Assembly: GCA_965225935.1 (NCBI GenBank)
Contig: CBDDCC010000013.1
Span: 517,100-581,099, forward strand
From: Rhodospirillales bacterium
GTDB lineage: Bacteria; Pseudomonadota; Alphaproteobacteria; Kiloniellales; JAKSDN01
Direction of reading: 5' to 3'
Length of the DNA: 64,000 nucleotides
Shown here: positions 52,122 to 61,885 of the stretch, piece by piece
How the letters are laid out: the number at the start of each line of letters is the position of its first letter
Position numbering within the stretch: the stretch's first letter is position 1
Position numbers and translations under genes: made by a program
The notes under the pieces: generated by a model
Seen by the model: the letters and a program-made list of their open reading frames with translations, nothing else
Told to the model about the DNA's origin: nothing
Database searches by the model: none

Positions 52122-52379
52122 TTGGCTACGCGACAAGACTTAAATGACTGGGTGCTTCAGGCGCTAGTTGACCTAGGTGGTAAGGCGAAGATCGTTGATG
52201 TTGCCAAACACATTTGGACCCATCACGAGGAAGACCTACGCGATTCCGGCGACCTCTACTACACTTGGCAATACGACATGCGATGGTCGGCAAAGCGGCT
52301 TAGGGATCAAGGCAAGATAGCCGTCCCTGATGTCTTGCCAAAGGGCGTATGGGCTCTCAAAGGCCAATCAATCTCCTGA
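52122..52379 (+). CDS. Small low-GC winged-helix-like hypothetical protein
   Basis: AL..LGG.A, W...RW....LR..G and KGVW.L pattern (Mrr N-terminal-like); AGGAG RBS with TTG start. Confidence 0.65.
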   Translation: MATRQDLNDWVLQALVDLGGKAKIVDVAKHIWTHHEEDLRDSGDLYYTWQYDMRWSAKRLRDQGKIAVPDVLPKGVWALKGQSIS

Positions 52380-52390
52380 CAAGAGGAAGC

Positions 52391-52477
52391 TGGTGCGGGC
52401 GGGGGGACTTGAACCCCCACGGCCTCGCGGCCTCAGGATTTTAAGTCCTGTGCGTCTACCAGTTCCGCCACGCCCGC
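52391..52477 (-). tRNA. tRNA-Leu (anticodon TAA), CCA encoded
   Basis: GCGGGCGTGGCGGAACTGGTAGACGC-ACAGGA CT TAA AA TCCTG-long variable arm-GTTCAAGTC-CCGCCCGCACCA. Confidence 0.97.
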
Positions 52478-52655
52478 ACCGTGGGGAAGCGTAGAAGGGC
52501 CCTCCTATAGCGCGTTCGTGGGGTGGGGTCACCTTTCGCCTGGGAGCCCGCGCGACCTGTCTCGGGGGCTGCCAATCGGGCGGGGGGTGGCGTAGGGTGG
52601 CGCGGGCGGCCGTTCGGGGCCGACGGAACGACGCAACGAGGGGGAGACCTTTGCC

Positions 52656-53051
52656 ATGGCCAGGATCGTCGGCAGCGCGCCGGTGCTGCTGGTGGCCGAT
52701 GTGGTGGCCGCCGCCGAGTACTACCGGGACAAGCTGGGCTTCGAGATCCCGCGCTACTGGGGCGAGCCGCCCTGCTTCTGCATGCCCCAGCGCGACGGCC
52801 ACATCGTCATGCTGAGCCAGGTGGAGGACCCCAAGCACGTGGTGCCCCACTACAAGGCGGTCGAGAACATGTGGAACGCCTACTTCTGGGTCGACGACGC
52901 CGAGGCCTTCCACGCCGAGTTCGTGGAGCGCGGCGCCACCATCGACTACGGGCTCTGCGTCCAGCCCTACGGGGTCAAGGAGTTCGGCGTGCAGGACCTG
53001 GACGGCTACGACATCGCCTTCGGCGAGGACCTGGAGCCGGCGGATGGCTGA
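52656..53051 (+). CDS. VOC/bleomycin-resistance family protein
   Basis: PVLLV.DV...YYRDKLGF and QPYG.KEF.V.D.DGY motifs. Confidence 0.88.
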   Translation: MARIVGSAPVLLVADVVAAAEYYRDKLGFEIPRYWGEPPCFCMPQRDGHIVMLSQVEDPKHVVPHYKAVENMWNAYFWVDDAEAFHAEFVERGATIDYGLCVQPYGVKEFGVQDLDGYDIAFGEDLEPADG

Positions 53052-53553
53052 GGCGGCGCGGGCCCTGGCTTCATCCGAGCCCGCGCTGGCATCCGCACCG
53101 GCCGGCTATCCCGTCGCCGACCTGCGTGCCTATCTCGCAGGGGCCTGGGGGGCCTGGCGCCTCGTCCGCACGCTGGAGGACCGGCGGACCGGTCAGGCGG
53201 GCCGCTTCGAGGGGCGCGCGGTGTTCCGGGAGGACGACGGCAGTGGGAGCGGCGGCCTCACATACCGGGAGGAAGGGCGCCTCGCGCTGGGTGGCTTCGA
53301 GACCCTGGCCCACCGGGACTACCTCTACCTCTTTCCCGCCCCCCATCTGGCGGAGGTGCGCTTTCCCGACGGCCGGACCTTCCACCCGCTCGACCTTTCG
53401 GGCGGCGCCTGGGCGGCCGAGCACCGCTGCGGGGATGACCTCTACCGCGGCCGCTTCCGGACGCTTGGCCCGGACTGCTGGAGCGCCGACTGGGAGGTTG
53501 CCGGGCCGCGCAAGGACCAGCGCCTGGCCGGCCGCTACAGCCGTCGCGCCTGA
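53044..53553 (+). CDS. DUF6314-like protein
   Basis: G.W.L.R, Y.EEG.L, FPDGR.FH, H.CG.D.Y and W.V.GPRKD motifs. Confidence 0.75.
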   Translation: MAEAARALASSEPALASAPAGYPVADLRAYLAGAWGAWRLVRTLEDRRTGQAGRFEGRAVFREDDGSGSGGLTYREEGRLALGGFETLAHRDYLYLFPAPHLAEVRFPDGRTFHPLDLSGGAWAAEHRCGDDLYRGRFRTLGPDCWSADWEVAGPRKDQRLAGRYSRRA

Positions 53554-54092
53554 TACCAAATCTTGACGATAGTGACCCCTAGGGATCGCTCTTGGTTCGT
53601 TTCGGGTAGGAAGCAGGACGCAGGCGATGTGGGAATGTGGGACGTCGGTAAGGCCTGCTGACGCCCTCCGAAACGCTCCACAAGCGACCGGGACGGTGGA
53701 CTTGCAGACCTTTCGGACAGCGTCGCCCATACCTTCCGATGCCCCGCATCGCTGCGGCACGCGCTCCTAGAGCGGGATGAGATGAGATTGAACCACGCTG
53801 ACGGAGCGATTTTGGCCGGACGTTAGGAGCGACGACGAAGGACATGCCGAAGCATATTCGAGGAGGAGCGACGCGGCGTCCGGCCAAAAGCGCCCGTCCC
53901 GTACGGGTTGCTCTGGGCTGGCCCGCCGCGTCGTTGCGGGCCTCGCCCGATGCCCCGCATCGCGCTTCGGCCCGCGCCTGGCGGACGAAGCCAACCCAGG
54001 CCAACAGCGTTGCTTCAATCTTATCCCATCCCGCTCTAGCCGAAAGACCTGAACGTCCGTCCCTATGGGCCACTATCGTCAAGACTTGGTAT
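53553..54092. mobile_element. Outer non-coding palindromic MITE-like element with ~33-bp terminal inverted repeats
   Basis: ATACCAAATCTTGACGATAGTGACCCCTAGGGA (53553-53585) versus the reverse complement of 54060-54092, 3 mismatches. Confidence 0.7.
53767..54039. mobile_element. Inner MITE-like palindromic element with 26-bp terminal inverted repeats, CTAG at both ends
   Basis: CTAGAGCGGGATGAGATGAGATTGAA versus the reverse complement of 54014-54039, 2 mismatches; internal hairpin TTTTGGCCGGACG...CGTCCGGCCAAAA. Confidence 0.72.
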
Positions 54093-54214
54093 GAGTCCCG
54101 CCGACGCCGCGAAAGCCGGTTTCCCTCCGCCGCGTCCTGCGCTATGACCTTGGCGGGCCCCGGCGCTACCTGGGGCCATGCCATGTGGGGCCGTGCAACG
54201 AGGGGGAAAACGCC

Positions 54215-54829
54215 ATGCCGCCGCTGACCGCTACCGCCGATACCCTGGCCGCGACCCTGTGGCCGAGCCGCGCCGGCGAGACCTGGAGCCGCCGGGCCCT
54301 GCGCAACGCCCTGCTGGCGATCGCGGGCGCCCAGCTCATGTGGCTCGCCGCCAAGATCCAGGTGCCGTTTCATCCGGTGCCCATGACCATGCAGACCTTC
54401 GTGGTGCTGACCCTCGGCATGGCCTACGGCTGGCGCCTGGGGGCGGCCACCATCCTGCTCTACCTGGCCGAGGGCGCGGCGGGCCTGCCGGTCTTCGTAG
54501 GCACGCCGGAGAAGGGCATCGGTCTCGCCTACATGGCGGGCAGCACCGGGGGCTACCTCTTCGGCTTCGTGCTCGGGGCGGCGGCCTGCGGCTGGCTGGC
54601 CGAGCGCGGCTGGGACCGCAACGTCATCACCACGGCAGTGGCCATGCTGGCCGGCAACGTGCTCATCTACGTGCCCGGCCTGCTCTGGCTCGGCACCCTC
54701 TTCGGCTGGGACAAGCCGATCCTGGAGTGGGGCCTCTCTCCCTTCGTCCTGGGCGACCTCGCCAAGCTGGCTCTTGCGGCCGCCCTGCTGCCGCTCGCCT
54801 GGCAGCTTATCGGCAAGCGCCGAGGCTAG
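54215..54829 (+). CDS. bioY: Biotin transporter BioY
   Basis: PVPMTMQT, YLAEGA.GLPVF and TGGYL.GF motifs. Confidence 0.93.
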   Translation: MPPLTATADTLAATLWPSRAGETWSRRALRNALLAIAGAQLMWLAAKIQVPFHPVPMTMQTFVVLTLGMAYGWRLGAATILLYLAEGAAGLPVFVGTPEKGIGLAYMAGSTGGYLFGFVLGAAACGWLAERGWDRNVITTAVAMLAGNVLIYVPGLLWLGTLFGWDKPILEWGLSPFVLGDLAKLALAAALLPLAWQLIGKRRG

Positions 54830-54854
54830 ACACCCGAACTCTCGCCACAGACAC

Positions 54855-55940
54855 CTAGTCCTCCTCCTGGGCCTCCGGCTTCTTTCCGCCGGTCAGGCGG
54901 AAGGCGATCGGCGCCATGACCAGGATGATGAAGACGCGCACCAGGTGGTGGGTGGCGACGAAGGCTGCGTCCATGGAGAGGGCGAGGGCGATCAGGCTCA
55001 TCTCGGCGAGGCCGCCGGGGGCGTAGGCCAGCACCAGCACGCCGGTCGGCAGGTCGGCCAGGGCGTGGACCAGGGCCGCCATGCCCAGGGTGATCGCCAG
55101 CAGGATCGCCGTGCCGCCAGCCGCCGCCAGCACGATGCGCAGCAGCACCGGGAAGGCGAGGCCGGCGAAGCGCCCGCCGATGGCCGAGCCCACGACCACC
55201 TGGGCGGCGGCGACCAGCAGGCCTGGCGGCTGGGCGTCGGTCCAGCCGGCTAGGTGCACCGCGGCGCTGAGGATCATGGGGCCCAGCACCGCCGCCGCCG
55301 GCAGCCTGAGCGCCCGCGCGGCGAGGTAGCCGGCCAGCCCGCAGAGGGCGAGCAGCGCGAGATCCAAAGGCGCGACCGCGTCGAGGGCTGCGCCCAGCGG
55401 CGGCCGCGCCGCCGGATCGTAGCCCAGCTCGAGCTGGAAGGCGAAGGGCAGCGCCAACACCACCAGCAGCACCCGCGACGCATGGGTGACGGAGATGACC
55501 CGCGCCTCGCCGCCCATGGCCGAGCCCACCAGCACCATCTCGGAGAAGCCCCCGGGCATGGCGGCGAAGTAGGCGGTGACCCGGTCGTAGCCGACGAAGC
55601 GGTGGAAGAACAGGACGCCCGCGGCGCCGGCAACCAGGCAGTAGAGCAGCAGGGCGCCCAGGCTCAGGCCCCATTCGTCGAGACGCTCCAGGATGGCGGG
55701 CGAGAAGCTGCTGCCCAGCATGATCCCCAGCACCACCACGAAGAGGTTCCTGAGGCTCACCGGCACGGCGACGGGAAGCCCGGCCATGGCCGCCGCGGTG
55801 GTCGTCAGCATGGCGCCGATCATCCAGGCGAGCGGCAGGCCGGCCCAGTGCGCCAGGGCGCCGCCCAGGCTGCCGAGGACAAGCGCCCCGGCCAGGCGGC
55901 CCCAGCGGCGGGGGTCGGCGAGGCCCGGCGGCAGCTTCAC
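54855..55940 (-). CDS. AbrB-family membrane protein (duplicated membrane domain)
   Basis: P.AWMIGAM, AMPGG.SEM, APGGLAEMSL and HH.VR motifs; start uncertain. Confidence 0.85.
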   Translation of the reverse strand: MKLPPGLADPRRWGRLAGALVLGSLGGALAHWAGLPLAWMIGAMLTTTAAAMAGLPVAVPVSLRNLFVVVLGIMLGSSFSPAILERLDEWGLSLGALLLYCLVAGAAGVLFFHRFVGYDRVTAYFAAMPGGFSEMVLVGSAMGGEARVISVTHASRVLLVVLALPFAFQLELGYDPAARPPLGAALDAVAPLDLALLALCGLAGYLAARALRLPAAAVLGPMILSAAVHLAGWTDAQPPGLLVAAAQVVVGSAIGGRFAGLAFPVLLRIVLAAAGGTAILLAITLGMAALVHALADLPTGVLVLAYAPGGLAEMSLIALALSMDAAFVATHHLVRVFIILVMAPIAFRLTGGKKPEAQEED

Positions 55941-56207
55941 GAGAACGGCCGGGCGGCCCGCGCCGACCTGCGAACCCCCGAGACGACGGGGAGCGCGCGT
56001 TTCGGCGCGAGCGGTTGCGGGGATCGGGGCGGCCTGGTCATGCGGCGGGGCGTCCGGAAAGGGGCGGTCGGTCGGCAGACTCCGCCAGCCGGCCGGCGGG
56101 CGCAAGAGCCTCGCAGACCCGGTTTCGTGATCGGCCGGCCTCGGCTAAAACGGGGAGCCGGGCCAGCCGCGGCCAGGACGAGGGTTCAGCAACGAGAGGG
56201 CGAGCGC

Positions 56208-56495
56208 ATGGCGAACGAAGGATACCACGAGCCGGTCGGCGATCTGTCGGACGCAACCAAGGACATGCACCGGGCGATCACGTCGTTGATGGAGGAGCTG
56301 GAGGCGGTCGACTGGTACAACCAGCGGGTCGACGCCTGCAAGGATGGCGAACTGAAGGCCATTCTCGCCCACAACCGCGACGAGGAGAAGGAGCACGCCG
56401 CCATGGTCCTGGAGTGGATCAGGCGCCAGGACCCGACCTTCGACAAGGAACTGCGGGACTTCCTCTTCACCGAGAAGCCGATCGCCCACGAATAG
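56208..56495 (+). CDS. Encapsulin-associated ferritin-like protein (EncFtn/Flp type), 95 aa
   Basis: YHEP...LS..T.DMHRAI.SL.EELEAVDWY.QR and HNRDEEKEHAAM.LEWIRR; C-terminal part of track ORF 55254..56495. Confidence 0.9.
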   Translation: MANEGYHEPVGDLSDATKDMHRAITSLMEELEAVDWYNQRVDACKDGELKAILAHNRDEEKEHAAMVLEWIRRQDPTFDKELRDFLFTEKPIAHE

Positions 56496-56524
56496 GAGCG
56501 GCATCTTCCGGTTCTGGGGGCGCA

Positions 56525-57703
56525 TCAGGACGGCTTGCCGCCGCGCGCCGGGACCGTCTTCGGCGTCTCCGCCAATAGGCTCGCCGCAGTCGCCATCAGC
56601 AGCAGGCTGGTGGCGATCAGCGCGGGCGTGAAGCTGAGCGTCAGGTCGTAGAGGAGGCCGGCGAAGAGCGGCCCGATGATCTGTCCGGTGGCGAAGGCCG
56701 CGGTCATGGCGGCCACGTGGCGCAGCGCGTCCTCCGGCGGGACGGTACGGTGGACCTCTTGGAGGCCCGCCATGGTGACGACCATGAAGGTGCCGCCGAC
56801 GGCGACCCCGGCCGCCATGATGCTGGCGAGGTGCGGCTGGACGGCGGGCAGGATCAGCCCGAGCGCCATGACGCCTTGGCTCACCGCCCAGACCCGCCGG
56901 TTGGAAAAGCGCGCGTGGAGCCGTGCCGCCAGCAGCGTCGAGAGGAAGGCCGCCAGGCCGAAGACCGGCCAGCTCCAGCCGAAGACAAGGGGCGAGGGGA
57001 CGCTCGCGCGCGCCATGATCGGCAGGTAGGTGGCCGGAATGATGTAGCCGAGGCCGGCGGCGCCGTAGGCGAGGAGGAGCCGCCAATCGAGTGGCGTGCG
57101 CGCTGCCGCGGCGTGCCGGGCCTCGGGCCGGCCGTTGGGAACCTCGGCGCCCAGCCGGTAGCAGACGGCGAGCGCCACGGCGAGGGCGGCGATCCCGAAG
57201 ACGATCCAGCTGGCGGCACTGCCGATCCCGCCGGCCATGAGGGCGAGGACGCCCAGGCCGGCGACGGCGATTCCCGCGCCGACGCCTGAGAAGACCCAGC
57301 CCTGCTGCCCGGCGCGGCCCGTCTCGGCCAGGCGCTTCACGATGAAGGTGCTGACCAGCACCAGGATGAAGGCGCTCGCGAGGCCGGCGATGAAGCGCAA
57401 GGCGAGCCAGGCGGGAAAGCTCTCGGTCAGGCCCATGCCCAGGGTGGTGAGAGCGATCAGGATCAGGGAGAGCCGCAGTCCTGTCCGCGGCGCCCAGGGC
57501 AGCCTGGCCGCGACGGCGGCGCCCAGCCAGTAGCCGAGGAAATGGACCGAGGCCAGGAGGCCGCCTCCGGCGATGCCCACCAGCCCGTCGGCCTGCATCA
57601 TGGGCAGGAGGGGGGTGAAGGCGAAGCGGCCGATCCCCACCGCCAGCGCCAGAGAGACCAGGCCGACGAGGGCGATTCGCATGCTGGTGGTGTCCGGCGG
57701 CAT
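56525..57703 (-). CDS. YbfB/YjiJ family MFS transporter
   Basis: GIGRFAFTPLLP.M and GYII.ATYLP motifs. Confidence 0.88.
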   Translation of the reverse strand: MPPDTTSMRIALVGLVSLALAVGIGRFAFTPLLPMMQADGLVGIAGGGLLASVHFLGYWLGAAVAARLPWAPRTGLRLSLILIALTTLGMGLTESFPAWLALRFIAGLASAFILVLVSTFIVKRLAETGRAGQQGWVFSGVGAGIAVAGLGVLALMAGGIGSAASWIVFGIAALAVALAVCYRLGAEVPNGRPEARHAAAARTPLDWRLLLAYGAAGLGYIIPATYLPIMARASVPSPLVFGWSWPVFGLAAFLSTLLAARLHARFSNRRVWAVSQGVMALGLILPAVQPHLASIMAAGVAVGGTFMVVTMAGLQEVHRTVPPEDALRHVAAMTAAFATGQIIGPLFAGLLYDLTLSFTPALIATSLLLMATAASLLAETPKTVPARGGKPS

Positions 57704-57792
57704 GGGGACCTGGAGGTCTAGATTTCGGCTGGGCGGGATTGCCGGCAGGGTAGCGGCTGGGATACATTAGCAAAAATGAAATAAAGCGATAA

Positions 57793-57817
57793 CTTATATC
57801 TTGTTCCGAGATATAAG
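57793..57817. promoter_or_regulatory. Perfect inverted repeat CTTATATCT-N7-AGATATAAG containing a T-N11-A LysR box
   Basis: Located in the divergent MFS/LysR intergenic region. Confidence 0.6.
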
Positions 57818-57829
57818 CTGGAGATATCG

Positions 57830-58696
57830 ATGGATGGCCTGGACCTGCGCGCCCTGGAAATCTTCCGAGCAGTCGCGACCGAGGGCGGCGTCTCCAAGGC
57901 GGCGGCCAAGCTGAACCGGGTGCAGTCCAACGTCAGCACCCGCCTGAAGCAGCTCGAAACCCAGCTGGGCAAGCCCCTTTTCCTGCGCCGCGGCCGCGGC
58001 CTGACCCTGACGCCGGACGGCCGCCTGCTGCTGGCCTACGCCGAGCGCCTCCTCGCGCTCTCCCGGGAGGCCGCCGAGGCCCTGAACGAGCGCCGGCCGC
58101 GGGGTACCTTCCGCCTCGGCGCCATGGAGAGCACCGCGGCGGCGCGCCTGCCCGAGGTGCTGGCCCGCTACCACGAGCTCTATCCTGAAGTGCGCATCGA
58201 GCTAGAGACCGGCACGGCCGGCGCGCTCCTGGAGCGCCTCAGGCACTACGACATCGAGGCCGCCTTCGTCGCCGAGCCGGTCGCCTTCGAGCGGATCGCC
58301 ACCCAGCCCGTGTTCGAGGAGCGGCTGATCCTGGTGGCGCCCGACGCCTTCCCGCCGCTCACCGACGTCGGGCGGATCAGCGGCGAGACGGTCGTCGCCT
58401 TCGAGCCGGGCTGCGCCTACCGCCGCTATCTGGAGGACTGGCTGCTCCAGGCTGGCATCGTCCCGGGCGGCATCCTGTCGGTGAGTTCCTACCTTGCCAT
58501 CCTCGCCTGCGTCGCGGCCGGCACGGGCTACGCCGTCGTGCCCCAGTCGGTCCTGGACATGGTGGCGGCGAAGGGACGGTTCCGGCGCTATCCCCTGCCG
58601 GACGGCCTGTCGCGCATCAAGACCCTGCTGGCCTGGCGCGCCGACCACGGCTCGGCCAAGCTGGACGCCCTGAGGGAGCTTTTGCCTACTGTCTGA
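57830..58696 (+). CDS. LysR family transcriptional regulator
   Basis: AA.KLNRVQSNVSTR.KQLE HTH and GAMESTAA.RLP. Confidence 0.93.
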   Translation: MDGLDLRALEIFRAVATEGGVSKAAAKLNRVQSNVSTRLKQLETQLGKPLFLRRGRGLTLTPDGRLLLAYAERLLALSREAAEALNERRPRGTFRLGAMESTAAARLPEVLARYHELYPEVRIELETGTAGALLERLRHYDIEAAFVAEPVAFERIATQPVFEERLILVAPDAFPPLTDVGRISGETVVAFEPGCAYRRYLEDWLLQAGIVPGGILSVSSYLAILACVAAGTGYAVVPQSVLDMVAAKGRFRRYPLPDGLSRIKTLLAWRADHGSAKLDALRELLPTV

Positions 58697-58724
58697 GACT
58701 CCTGCCGGGCCGGGCGATCCCGCT

Positions 58725-59648
58725 CTAGGCGGGGATGCGGCCGGCGGCCCGGTCGGCGTCGGCCTCCTCCAGCAGCCAGGCGGTGAATAGCCGCACCTTG
58801 GCGAGCTCCGCATTCGCCTTGGGGTAGACGACGTAGTAGCGGTTGAGGGCCGGCGTGATCGGCCCGAAGGGGATCACCAGGCGGCCGGCGGCCAGGTCGC
58901 TGGCGGCGAGCGAGCGGCGGGTGAGCGCCACCCCTTCGCCGGCCATGACCGCCTCGATGATCAAGTTGGAATCGCTGAAGCCGGGGCCGCGCTCCGGGTC
59001 GACACCGGTCTCGCCCACCCGCTCCAGCCAGTTGCGCCAGTCGCGCCCGCCGGCCTCCCCCGAGCTGTCATGCAGCAGGGTATGGTACTTCAGGTCGGCC
59101 GGCGTCCGCAGCGGCCGGCCGTTCTCCTGCAGCTTCGGGCTGCAGACCACGAAGGTCTCGTCGCTCATCAGCAATATGGTCTCGAGGCCCGGGTAGTGGC
59201 CCTTGCCGTAGCGGATCCCCATGTGCACGTCGTCGCGGCGGAAGTCGGCGAGCTCATGGGAGGCAGAGACCAGCACGTCGATCTCCGGATGGCGAGCGCG
59301 GAAACGCGAGAGGCGCGGCAGCAGCCACTTGGCGGCCATGGAGGGGAGGGTGCTGACCCTGAGGCTCCCGCCACCACGCTGGGCGCCGAGTCGCTCCGTC
59401 GCCTCGGCGATCCGGTCGAGGGCCTCGGTCAGGCTGGAAACGTAGGTCTGGCCCGCGTCGCTCAGCAGCAGGCGCCGGTTGAGCCGGCGGAAGAGGGGCA
59501 GGCCAAGCTGCTCCTCCAGCGCCTTCACCTGGTGGCTGATGGCGGCCTGGGTGACGTTCAGCTCCTCGGCCGCCTTCGTGAAGGAGAGGTGCCGGGCCGC
59601 GGCCTCGAAGGCGCGCAGCGCGTTCAGCGACGGCAATCTACGGGCCAT
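58725..59648 (-). CDS. gcvA: GcvA-like LysR transcriptional regulator
   Basis: RRLPSLNALRAFEAAARHLSFTKAAEEL.VTQAAISHQ and WLLPRL..F. Confidence 0.85.
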   Translation of the reverse strand: MARRLPSLNALRAFEAAARHLSFTKAAEELNVTQAAISHQVKALEEQLGLPLFRRLNRRLLLSDAGQTYVSSLTEALDRIAEATERLGAQRGGGSLRVSTLPSMAAKWLLPRLSRFRARHPEIDVLVSASHELADFRRDDVHMGIRYGKGHYPGLETILLMSDETFVVCSPKLQENGRPLRTPADLKYHTLLHDSSGEAGGRDWRNWLERVGETGVDPERGPGFSDSNLIIEAVMAGEGVALTRRSLAASDLAAGRLVIPFGPITPALNRYYVVYPKANAELAKVRLFTAWLLEEADADRAAGRIPA

Positions 59649-59866
59649 GGACTTCGCATGAGAATTTCTAATCGAAACGATGAAATATCATCGTTTGCGG
59701 CCGGCCGCAAGCGGGCCTAGATCAGAGATCGGGAGATGCCGTGGCGAATTCGGTGAATTGGCTTATATGGCGCGCAAGATTCGGAGTTACCGTCGCGTGT
59801 GACAGGGCTATGAAAAGGCCATGACGGGCTCGAGACGAGCGCAAGATTCGGATAAGGAGAATTGAT

Positions 59867-60109
59867 ATGCCTAAGTCCCTGATTCCCACCGTGACCAGCG
59901 CCTCCCGGCCCGATCTCGGGGGCAACCTGGATCTCCTTTCCCAGCTCAGCCGGGCGCCGTCCCGGGTCGCTGGCGTGATGCTGCTGTGGCACACCCGCGC
60001 GGTCGAGCGCTCCCACTTGGCCAAGCTGGAGGACTACCACCTGCAGGACATGGGGATCAGCCGCGCCGAGGCAGACCGCGAGGCGGCCAAGCCCTTCTGG
60101 AAAGCCTGA
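59867..60109 (+). CDS. DUF1127 small protein
   Basis: R..L..L.D..L.D.GISR.EA.REA.KPFW motif; AAGGAG RBS; divergent from gcvA. Confidence 0.88.
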   Translation: MPKSLIPTVTSASRPDLGGNLDLLSQLSRAPSRVAGVMLLWHTRAVERSHLAKLEDYHLQDMGISRAEADREAAKPFWKA

Positions 60110-60203
60110 ACGCCGGTCCAAGGAGCTAGCACGAAGCCGACAACGCCTGGGGCCGGCCCCAGCACCCGCGATCCTACGGGACGCTTGTCCGTGATAGCGG
60201 GTG

Positions 60204-60974
60204 TTAGAAGACGAACTGCTCCTGGAGGATGCGCTGTTCCAGGTTGTGCTCGGGATCGAACAGCAGCTTGAGCTCGACCGACCGCTGCTCGGAGACCTCG
60301 ACCCGCAGCACGTCGCGCACCTCGAAGGAGTCGGCCGTGGCGCCCACTGGCCGTTTTCCCGGGTTGAGCACCTCGAAGGAGACCTGGGCCGTGCTGGGCA
60401 GCAGCGCCCCCCGCCAGCGCCGCGGCCGGAAGGCGCTGATCGGCGTCATCGCCAGCAGCTGGGCGCCGATCGGCACGATGGGCCCGTGGGCCGAGAGGTT
60501 GTAGGCCGTGCTGCCGGCGGGCGTCGCCACCAGGATGCCGTCGCAGACCAGCTCCGGCACCCGCGTCACGCCGTCGACGGCGACGGCGATGTGCGCGGCC
60601 TGGCGGGTCTGGCGGTAGAGGGAGACCTCGTTGATGGCGAGACCCTCCGATTCCCTGCCGTCGACCGTCTTGGCCAGCATGCGCAGCGGATGCAGCGTCA
60701 CCCGCTCGGCCTTGGCGAGGCGCGCCGGCAGGCCCGCCTCGCCGAAGGCGTTCATCAGGAAACCCACGGTGCCGCAGTTCATGCCGAAGATGGCGACGTC
60801 CCGGTCGAGGGTGGCGTGCAGGGTTTCCAGCATGAAGCCGTCGCCGCCGAGGGCGACGATGACCTCGGCCTCCTGGGCCGGGACCGCGGCCGGATAGCGC
60901 TCGATGAGCCGCTGGCAGGCGTCGCGGGCCTCGTCCGTGTCGGCGGCGGCGAAGGCGAAGCTCGGGTGCGGCAT
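60204..60974 (-). CDS. nadK: NAD kinase
   Basis: LGGDG, G.VGFL, NE and [17 protein letters not shown] motifs. Confidence 0.93.
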   Translation of the reverse strand: MPHPSFAFAAADTDEARDACQRLIERYPAAVPAQEAEVIVALGGDGFMLETLHATLDRDVAIFGMNCGTVGFLMNAFGEAGLPARLAKAERVTLHPLRMLAKTVDGRESEGLAINEVSLYRQTRQAAHIAVAVDGVTRVPELVCDGILVATPAGSTAYNLSAHGPIVPIGAQLLAMTPISAFRPRRWRGALLPSTAQVSFEVLNPGKRPVGATADSFEVRDVLRVEVSEQRSVELKLLFDPEHNLEQRILQEQFVF

Positions 60975-61229
60975 GGTCGGGGGCCCGGGGTTCGGCCGGA
61001 ACGCCCGCGATCCGCGCCGGCATTCCTGTTGCTGGTTCGCCGGAGTATAGCGGCTGGCCCTAGGGGCGCCAGCCTGGCCGTCGCCAGGCGCGCACCGGTC
61101 CGGGCCGTTTCCGGCCTGCCCCTGGACGACCCCCGGGCCACACTCAGGGGGGCGCCCTTGGGGGCGCTTGCCAAGCGCGGCGGCTTCGCCCACTCTCGCC
61201 GCGCGGAACGACAGGAAAGGATCGGGGCG

Positions 61230-61718
61230 ATGACGAAGGGGCGGTTGATCTTCGCGATCTTGGCGGGCGTTCTGTGGCTGGGCCTGGCGGCGCCCGCTGT
61301 GCGAGCCGAGGACCGCCACGCCGGCTACTACTACCCGCCGCCCGAGAGCCGCGAGGTCTACAAGGCGCGGGCCCGCACCCTGCCCGAGGCGAGCCGGGCG
61401 CTGCGCATCAACTTCATCGTCGGCGTCTACCAGCAGCTCCAGGCCCGGCCCTATCCGCCGACGGCGGCCATGTTCGCCAAGGGCACGGAGGCCGAGAAGC
61501 TGATCATCGTGGCGCTCGAGGAGGGGCGGATCGACACCCTCTACCGCGCCCGCGCCCTCTTCGCCAACCTGACCGCGGTGGCCCGCTCGACGCCGATCTT
61601 CCAGGAGTTCGGGGTCGAGGACTTCTTCACCTTCTTCGATCTGGCCAAGATGCTGGGCTTCGTCCAGATCACCATCTCAGACGGCCGCGACTTCGCCCAC
61701 CAGGTGATTCTGGAATGA
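61230..61718 (+). CDS. Conserved hypothetical exported protein
   Basis: Signal peptide followed by DRHAGYYYP; GC-typical codon usage; C-terminal part of track ORF 60201..61718. Confidence 0.75.
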   Translation: MTKGRLIFAILAGVLWLGLAAPAVRAEDRHAGYYYPPPESREVYKARARTLPEASRALRINFIVGVYQQLQARPYPPTAAMFAKGTEAEKLIIVALEEGRIDTLYRARALFANLTAVARSTPIFQEFGVEDFFTFFDLAKMLGFVQITISDGRDFAHQVILE

Positions 61719-61885
61719 GGGGCTTTCCGGCTCGGAACGGCCAGTTCTTCGGCATGACCGGGCATGGCCGAGACGGGACCTTCGGAGGCTGACCGACAAT
61801 CGGCCCGGCCGCCAACGCTCGGGTCTCAGAAATCAGCTTTCGTCGTCGGGATCAGCCGGGCGTCTGCCGAACCGCTCGCCGTCGA

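Noticed and set aside
60110-60200. Cuckoo/CcsR-type sRNAs downstream of the DUF1127 gene
   Set aside because: No repeated CCTCCTCCC loop motifs are visible.
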